Below are positions 56,292-64,000 of a stretch of 64,000 bases of DNA, one piece after another; position 1 is the first letter of the stretch; the number at the start of each line of letters is the position of its first letter. The position numbers and the translations under genes are program-made. The notes beneath the pieces were generated by a model. It worked only from the letters and a program-made list of their open reading frames with translations, made no database searches and was not told the DNA's origin. The stretch lies in NCBI RefSeq assembly GCF_009914755.1, contig NC_060926.1; one strand, written 5' to 3'. The stretch is from the human T2T-CHM13v2.0 reference genome, Homo sapiens.

Positions 56292-56518
56292 CTTTTAGCT
56301 ATTTGAAAATACAAAATAAATTGTCGTTGAATGGATTTTGAATGTTCCCAACCCCCCAAAATACTAAATGTTTGAGGTGATGGATATGCTAATTACCCTG
56401 ATATGACCATTACACATCGTATAGATGTATCAAAATATCACACTGTACCTCACAACTATGTACAATTATTACGTGTCAATTAAAACAAATAAACAATTTT
56501 TTGAAATCTTAAGAAAAT
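56292..56518 (+). mobile_element. Short L1MA 3' end with ~40-nt 5' inversion
   Basis: ggattttgaatgttccca...tgaggtgatggatatgctaattaccctga...tgtcaattaaaa preceded by inverted cttttagctatttgaaaatacaaaataaattgt; TSD core gatgcattt at 56283-56291 and 56519-56527. Confidence 0.8.
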
Positions 56519-56836
56519 GATGCATTTTTTGGAGGGCTGGATCATCCATTCCATTGGGCCTGGCAGGCTATGTAAAAACTGCTGCAGTCACTCACAAGTA
56601 TATTTAGAGTTTCCCTGATTCTCTAGCCTCCTCTTTCCCCAAGTGGTAAGCATGTTTTCTGGGTGACCATAGGGTGACCATTGACTTAATTTTGGCCGCA
56701 GAAAACTTAAAGCAGAGGCACTTGGGGCCAAAGGAAGGACTAGGAAGGGGAATGATATTTCCCTGCCTCCTCCTCACTCAGGGTAGCCTCTCTTCTCCCA
56801 CAGATCTCTTTTATTCGAACTAAAAAGCCAGAATCT

Positions 56837-57070
56837 GTGGGCTGGGATTGGAGTGAGGTGAGTGAGGCACTCACAGTGCAAGTGAAGAATTAAATCCCGT
56901 CTTTATTTAAAATGTTGATATTTTGTTAATCATAGATTTTTGTGCATTGTTTGATATCTTAATGTATTGCATTAAAATATTATTTGTCTTGATTACTGAA
57001 TTTTTGGGGTCCCCTTAAATTTTGCACCCCAGGCAAATGCTACACTTGCCTCACCCTAATCCCAGCCTTG
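56837..57070 (-). mobile_element. MER96B-like hAT MITE
   Basis: Long imperfect TIRs gggctgggattggagtgaggtgagtgaggca / tgctacacttgcctcaccctaatcccagcc; internal ttgattactgaatttttggggtccccttaaattttgcacc. Confidence 0.78.
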
Positions 57071-57339
57071 AAAATGTCTCCTGCTGAAGTATAGCAGGTA
57101 AGACAATCACTAATCAAATGAAGTGTACTCAGACTCAGGTGCTCAGCATTATTCAGTGCTGCTGCCCCTGCCAGGCACCTGATGTACCAGTCTGTTGTGC
57201 TGCGTCCTGTGCCTGCAGCCACCAGATGGGGTGGCAGGCTCAGCAGGAAGCCCCTAACAGTTTAAGTAACATGAACAGGAAAGATGCTGAGTAATCCTTC
57301 TCTGGAGAGTATGAAGATTATTTGGGCACCCTTGCTACA

Positions 57340-59125
<1,786 letters not shown>

Positions 59126-59129
59126 TTGT

Positions 59130-60170
59130 CTTCTTAGTTTTATCTCTTAAATCTAACCTTCTGTACCTCTGTGCTGCATTCTGGTTAATTTTTTTGGATC
59201 TTCCAGTTCACTGACTCTCTTCAGCAAGTCTAATCTGCTATTAGATTCGTCCACTGAGTTTTATATTTTAACTGTTATTATTGTTCATTTTTAGAATTTT
59301 GATTGCATATTTTTAAAAATGTCTAGTCATTCTTTATAATTTTTACTCACTCCTCATATTGTCAGACTTCTTTTTATTTCATTATACATAATAAACATAA
59401 TTTATATTTAGTGTCTCTGTTAACTCTAATAGCTTAAGTCTCTGGGTTTGCTTCTGCAGGTTCTCACTCATGGTGACCTCTTCCATTATCTGTTTTATGC
59501 TCACTGCATACTGCTTATTTTCTTTGGAACTTTATCTTTGAGGATTTGTTGATGCCTTGTTGAAGGTGGGTTCCTTCAGAGACGATATACAATTGTTTTT
59601 GCCAGAAACCTGAGAATACTTCCAGACTGGGACCACTGCAAACTGGATTTCAGAGTGAGGTTTGTTTTAGACCAACCAACTTAAATGAATTTGGTCTGCA
59701 TCCCCATGTGAGGATACTTTTTCTGCTACGAACTCTCAGAAGAGATTTTTTTTGTTTTCTGTCGACAGCGCCAAGGTTGGAGATGGGCAAGTTTCCTGCA
59801 GCTGTTGGCAGGCTAGGCATTCGTTTCTAGTTCTCTTTTACACTGAGGATATAGCTTTTTGGTTTCCAACTTTAAGGGAAGGTGGCCTATTAGACAACCC
59901 ACCTTGGGCAGGTCCTAGGCTTTGTTTCTTGTCCCCATACTCTGTGAGTCAAGGTCAAGGTCAAAAGCCCTTAAGACAAAAGCCAGCTTCACTGCTGCCA
60001 GTATGTAGAATTCCTGCCATTATTTAAATTTTGACTTGAGCATTTTTTACTTCTTGCAAGACAATGAATGATTTAAGAAGAAAAAATTTTTTGTGCGTGG
60101 TATCTTATTCGGCATTTTTTATTTAATTTCAAGAGCAGCAATCAGGATATCTAGTCTGTCACTTTGCTGC
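59130..60170 (-). mobile_element. Old L1M 5'/ORF1 or HAL1 remnant
   Basis: ctctgtgctgcattctgg..atcttccagttcactgactctcttcagc..gtctaatctgctatt..tccactgagtttt is a reverse ORF1-type pattern. Confidence 0.6.
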
Positions 60171-60274
60171 TGTCTTATTTTTCATTTTTCTTTTGTCTAA
60201 TTTTTCCAAGTAAAAATTTAAAGAATACAGGAAGATATAAAGGTAATGCTTCTCTTTGACTTCAGTCCTTAGGA

Positions 60275-60480
60275 GTAACACATAGTTAACATACCAAGCA
60301 CACTCCATTCTATGTACTTTCTTTGCGTTAATTCATTTCATCTTTCACTAACTCTTTGAGGCAGGCTAATGTTATGACCTCCAGTTTCCAGATGAGGAAA
60401 TTGAGACACAGAGAACTTAAGTAACTCATCCACCAAGTGCTGGGGCTGGGTTTAAACTTGGCAGTCTGGCTTCGGCACCT
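60275..60480 (-). mobile_element. MIR
   Basis: ccaagcacactcc...cagatgaggaaattgagacacagagaacttaagtaact...gggtttaaacttggcagtctggct. Confidence 0.8.
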
Positions 60481-60578
60481 TTGGTTTGCTTTTTATCAAG
60501 GCACTATCCAGGATCCTCACACTCACTGTCAACAATGAGTGCAAACTTCTTTTCTCTGAACATATAAACATATATATT

Positions 60579-61156
60579 TGTCGGGGACATCTGAACCAGA
60601 GTAACTCCATCTTGAATAGGAGCTGTGTAAAATGAGGCTGAAACCTACCGGGCTGCATTCCCAGACGGTTAGGCATTCTAAATCACAGGGTGACATAAGA
60701 GGTAGGCACAAGCTACAAGATACAGTTCATTAAGACCTTGCTGATAAAACAGTTTGCAGTAAAGAAGCTGGCCAAACCCCACCAAACCAAGATGGCGAAG
60801 AGACTTCTTTGTTTTGGAGACCAGAAGGATGACTTCTGGTCGTCCTCACTGTTACACTCCCACCAGTGCTATGACAGTTTACAAATGCCATGGCAACATC
60901 AGGAAGTTACCCTGCACGGTCTAAAAAGGGGAGGCATGAATAATCCACCCCTTATTTAGCATGTAACTAAGAAATAATCATAAAAATAAGCAACCAGCAG
61001 CCCTTGGGGCTGCTCTGCCTGTGGAGTAGCCATTCTTTATTCCTTTACTTTCTTAATAAACTTGCTTTCACTTTATGGACTTGCCCTGAATTCTTTCTTG
61101 CACAAGATCCAAGAACCCTCTCTTGGGGCCTGGATCGGGATGCCTTTCTGGTAACA
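60579..61156 (+). mobile_element. Full-length MER41 (MER41A-type) solo LTR, antisense to TACR1
   Basis: TGTC...tgaaccagagtaactccatcttgaatagg...gccatggcaacatcaggaagttaccc...cttaataaacttgctttcact...gatccaagaaccctctcttgggg...GTAACA; TG..CA termini, 578 bp. Confidence 0.93.
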
Positions 61157-62084
61157 CATCCATACTTTTTCCTGTCCTGCTTTTTAACTCACTCATTCAA
61201 TAAGCCTTATTTAACCCCCTTTCTATATGTCAGAGAAGGGCTCAGTATATTCATGTTCTGAAGGAGTGGCTGTCTCTGGAGAAGGACACACATGATAATA
61301 AAGATGCAATTTGCTGTGTGCTCCAGAGGACTTATGATGCATTAGAAGCATGAGCAGACAGGAGGACATTTACGCCTGGGCAGGGAGGTTGGGGGAGTTT
61401 CTCAGTGGAGGTGACATTTGAATTTGACCTGAAAGGTTGAGCTGGCATGCACAATCTATGGAAAGCTGTGTGCAACATACTTTCTAGGAGAAGGCCACAG
61501 CATATACAGAAGCCCAGAGAAGCAAAAATGAATGGCTATTTATAATCTGTTTCAACATTTCATTAGATGCTTATCAGGAGTCAGTATTGCATCTTCTATT
61601 TCATTGAATCCCCATGGCACCTGACCAGGCACAAGAAAGCTCCTTAGTAACTACCAGCTGATTAACTTAACGATCCCTTTCCTCTTTCTATTAAGCAGGC
61701 AGAGATGTTGACTCTCAGATGTTGATGAAGAAACAAGGCTAGAGGATTGAGTGAGGAAAGACAAGGTCTCACAGGCCTCTGCTGGTGAAGTGCTCAGAGA
61801 GAATTCTAGCTTTCAAAGGAATACATGAAAGTTGCTGGGACCAGGGCTGCCAAACACAGAGCAAGAGAGAAATAGGCTCTCCAGAAAGTAAACATTTCCC
61901 AGATCTGTGTTTACAGACCACCCTGTGGCCTGTCTTACTGGTGATATAGGACTTCCTTAGTTTGGATTCTCTGGCAGTGGAACCCCTGCTGCCTGAATTA
62001 TGACTTTCCTCTTCCCATGCGGGCCCCAGCACAGGACATATCTCTTTCCCTCTCCCTATTGCTCTTACTTATTGCTTTTTCAGC

Positions 62085-62240
62085 TACTTAATCTTTCTTA
62101 AAGTGATTTCTTAGAATCTCAGTTTTCTCCTTCTGAAATAAGGATTGATAGTATTTACTGGGCAGTGATGCTGAACAAGATAATATGCATGAAGGGACTA
62201 GACAAATTCTGGTGCATAGCAGGCACTTAACACTTGTTCA
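62085..62240 (+). mobile_element. MIR fragment
   Basis: aatctcagttttctccttctgaaataaggat...ataatatgcatgaagggacta...tctggtgcatagcaggcacttaa. Confidence 0.7.
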
Positions 62241-62335
62241 CATTCCCCTTGCTATCTTTGTAACTTCCAGAGGCCATGTGGTCTCTTTCCAGAGATTCAG
62301 TGCCTAGCTGAAACCCAGGGTACCCAGGACACCTG

Positions 62336-62409
62336 GTGCTACTGGCTGGATCCAGTGTCCCGGCGCCCGTGCTATCCGTGCTACTGGCTGGATCCAGGGC
62401 CAGGCGCCC
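62336..62409 (+). repeat. GC-rich ~33-bp direct duplication with 9-bp partial-unit spacer
   Basis: gtgctactggctggatccagtgtcccggcgccc - gtgctatcc - gtgctactggctggatccagggccaggcgccc. Confidence 0.92.
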
Positions 62410-64000
62410 AAAGATACTCAAAACAGCAAAAGGCCAATGAGGCAGTGGCGTCGGCTTAATAGCTGCTTCAAGGATGGAAATACTCAGTTTATAACTTAAA
62501 TAGTATTTCATGGGAGAAAGTAAATTGGAGTAGAATTATTCATCCCTGTAGTCCCCACATGCTAATTCCACAGAGACACTTCAGCATGATGATTGCTGAA
62601 ACTGCAGACCGGTAAATGGGGCACTAACACCCAGCAGCTGCATATTGGGCCTCCTCCAGAGTTTGCTGGAATGAATTGCTTCCTTGCAGGGGGACCTTAA
62701 GACCTAGCTTTCCTGTGGAGGAGGAGCCTGATTCACCCTCTCCCACCTCCCCTATATTCTCCCCTCTCCCTTTCGCATTCTGTTTCACCATCGTTTTGCA
62801 AATCTCACTTCTAAGAATGGTTGTTAGAGGCTCACTAGGGACACCAGGAACTAGTGGGTCATTGCCAGAGGATGAAGCAGCACAGATTGTGAATGTCAGG
62901 ATTGCACAGGCAGAGAAAAGCACCTCCCCAAGCAAGAAGGAAGCACATGGGTGTGGGCAGGGGTTGGCGGAACTTGGGCCTTGTAGAAAGAAACCCAGGC
63001 ACATCATCTCACAGGGCACAGCCCAGCCTCTTCGTTTCCAGAGCCCTCTGTACAGCCCTCACTCCAGCCTTCCTTCCTGCCCTGTGCTGTGGCTACTTCC
63101 TTGGGAGACAGGAGTAAGAAGTCCAAGGGGCTTGACCCTCACTTCTTCATCCTTATCAGCTCACAGCAGAGGACGTGCTAAAGACGTGCTTATTAGTGCA
63201 GTGTATTAACAAAAACAAAAACTCATCTGCCAAGCCACCTGAGTCAGAAAGAACAGAGTTCTAGTTTTTTGTTTTTCTGCCACTGACAGGTATGCACTTT
63301 TGGCAAATCACCTCTTCATTGAGTCTTAGTTTTCTTCTTGGTGAACAGTTTCTGCAGATGTTCTGTAAGGTCTGTGAACGAGTCTAGGGCCTGAATGAAG
63401 GTGGAACTGGGCTGCCTTCCCCCTCCTCCAGCAAAGCCTATCCCCTCTGTGATTCCTGCCTCATCTTCCAGCATCCCTGAACCAGCATCTCTCAAAGTCC
63501 CCTTACTCTCATCAAAAATGGTCAAAGTCATAACAGGCGCTTTAACTTTTCCATCACACTTGATTATTGTGAAGATCAAATAAGACAAAAGTTAAGAAAT
63601 TGTAATTGTTATGTGAGGCATTGTTAGGAGTCTCACCAAACAGACATTTAGGCACAGGAAACATAGGAAGAAAGGCAACTCCTGATGGTGTATCAGGCCA
63701 CATTCAGAGCTCCAGGAAGATCACAGACAGCTGGGGGTGGATGATGGCAGAGCAGAATGCCTGGTAGACTACCTAGGAGATCTGTGATGCCTACAACTGG
63801 CTTAGGCCGGGGTCTCAATCAGATGACGATATTCTAATTATCAGTTTGTGTGGTCTCTTGGCCTGGGCTTCAAGGAGAAATTGTTAGGTCAATGGTATCT
63901 CACCAGGCTAGAAGTAGCTTGAGTCAGGGATTGGGGTTAGCATGAGTGTTCCTTGTATACTCATGGTGCATGGGACCTCAGTGAGTATGTAGGCTGTTAG

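Noticed and set aside
62336-62409. Repeat-spacer-repeat with palindromic repeat resembling a mini CRISPR
   Set aside because: Only two units, the spacer is a partial unit, the context is eukaryotic, and there are no cas genes.
62676-63209. 177-aa plus-strand ORF (and overlapping 131-aa minus ORF)
   Set aside because: Non-ATG start in the track, no recognisable domain, no supporting splice or promoter structure; consistent with a chance ORF in GC-richer intron.

Overview
This is primate (very probably human) genomic DNA, and it is almost entirely intronic. The only supportable host coding sequence is a 195-nt internal exon on the minus strand (47394-47588). It encodes [65 protein letters not shown], which I recognise as exon 2 of the tachykinin NK1 (substance P) receptor gene TACR1. 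Sequence right of the exon is therefore intron 1 and sequence left of it is intron 2. The rest is a dense fossil record of transposons: a 3.2-kb 5'-truncated L1PA with a 20-bp TSD, two twin-primed (5'-inverted) L1s, seven Alus, ERV/MaLR LTRs, hAT and Tigger DNA transposons, and many MIR/L2/CR1 remnants. I see no prokaryotic-type system, CRISPR array or intact novel gene. The most interesting points are: (1) exon 2 is frame-symmetric, stop-free when circularised, and bracketed by oppositely oriented Alus; (2) an 84-nt polyadenylated, TSD-flanked retrocopy of a MER41 LTR transcript lies about 420 nt downstream of exon 2; (3) an old ~230-bp local duplication has a second copy later broken by an L1 and an LTR fragment; (4) a four-level nested transposon stack spans 29.5-35.7 kb. 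Repeat subfamily names come from my recollection of consensus sequences, not from a database search. Coordinates of old repeats are approximate.
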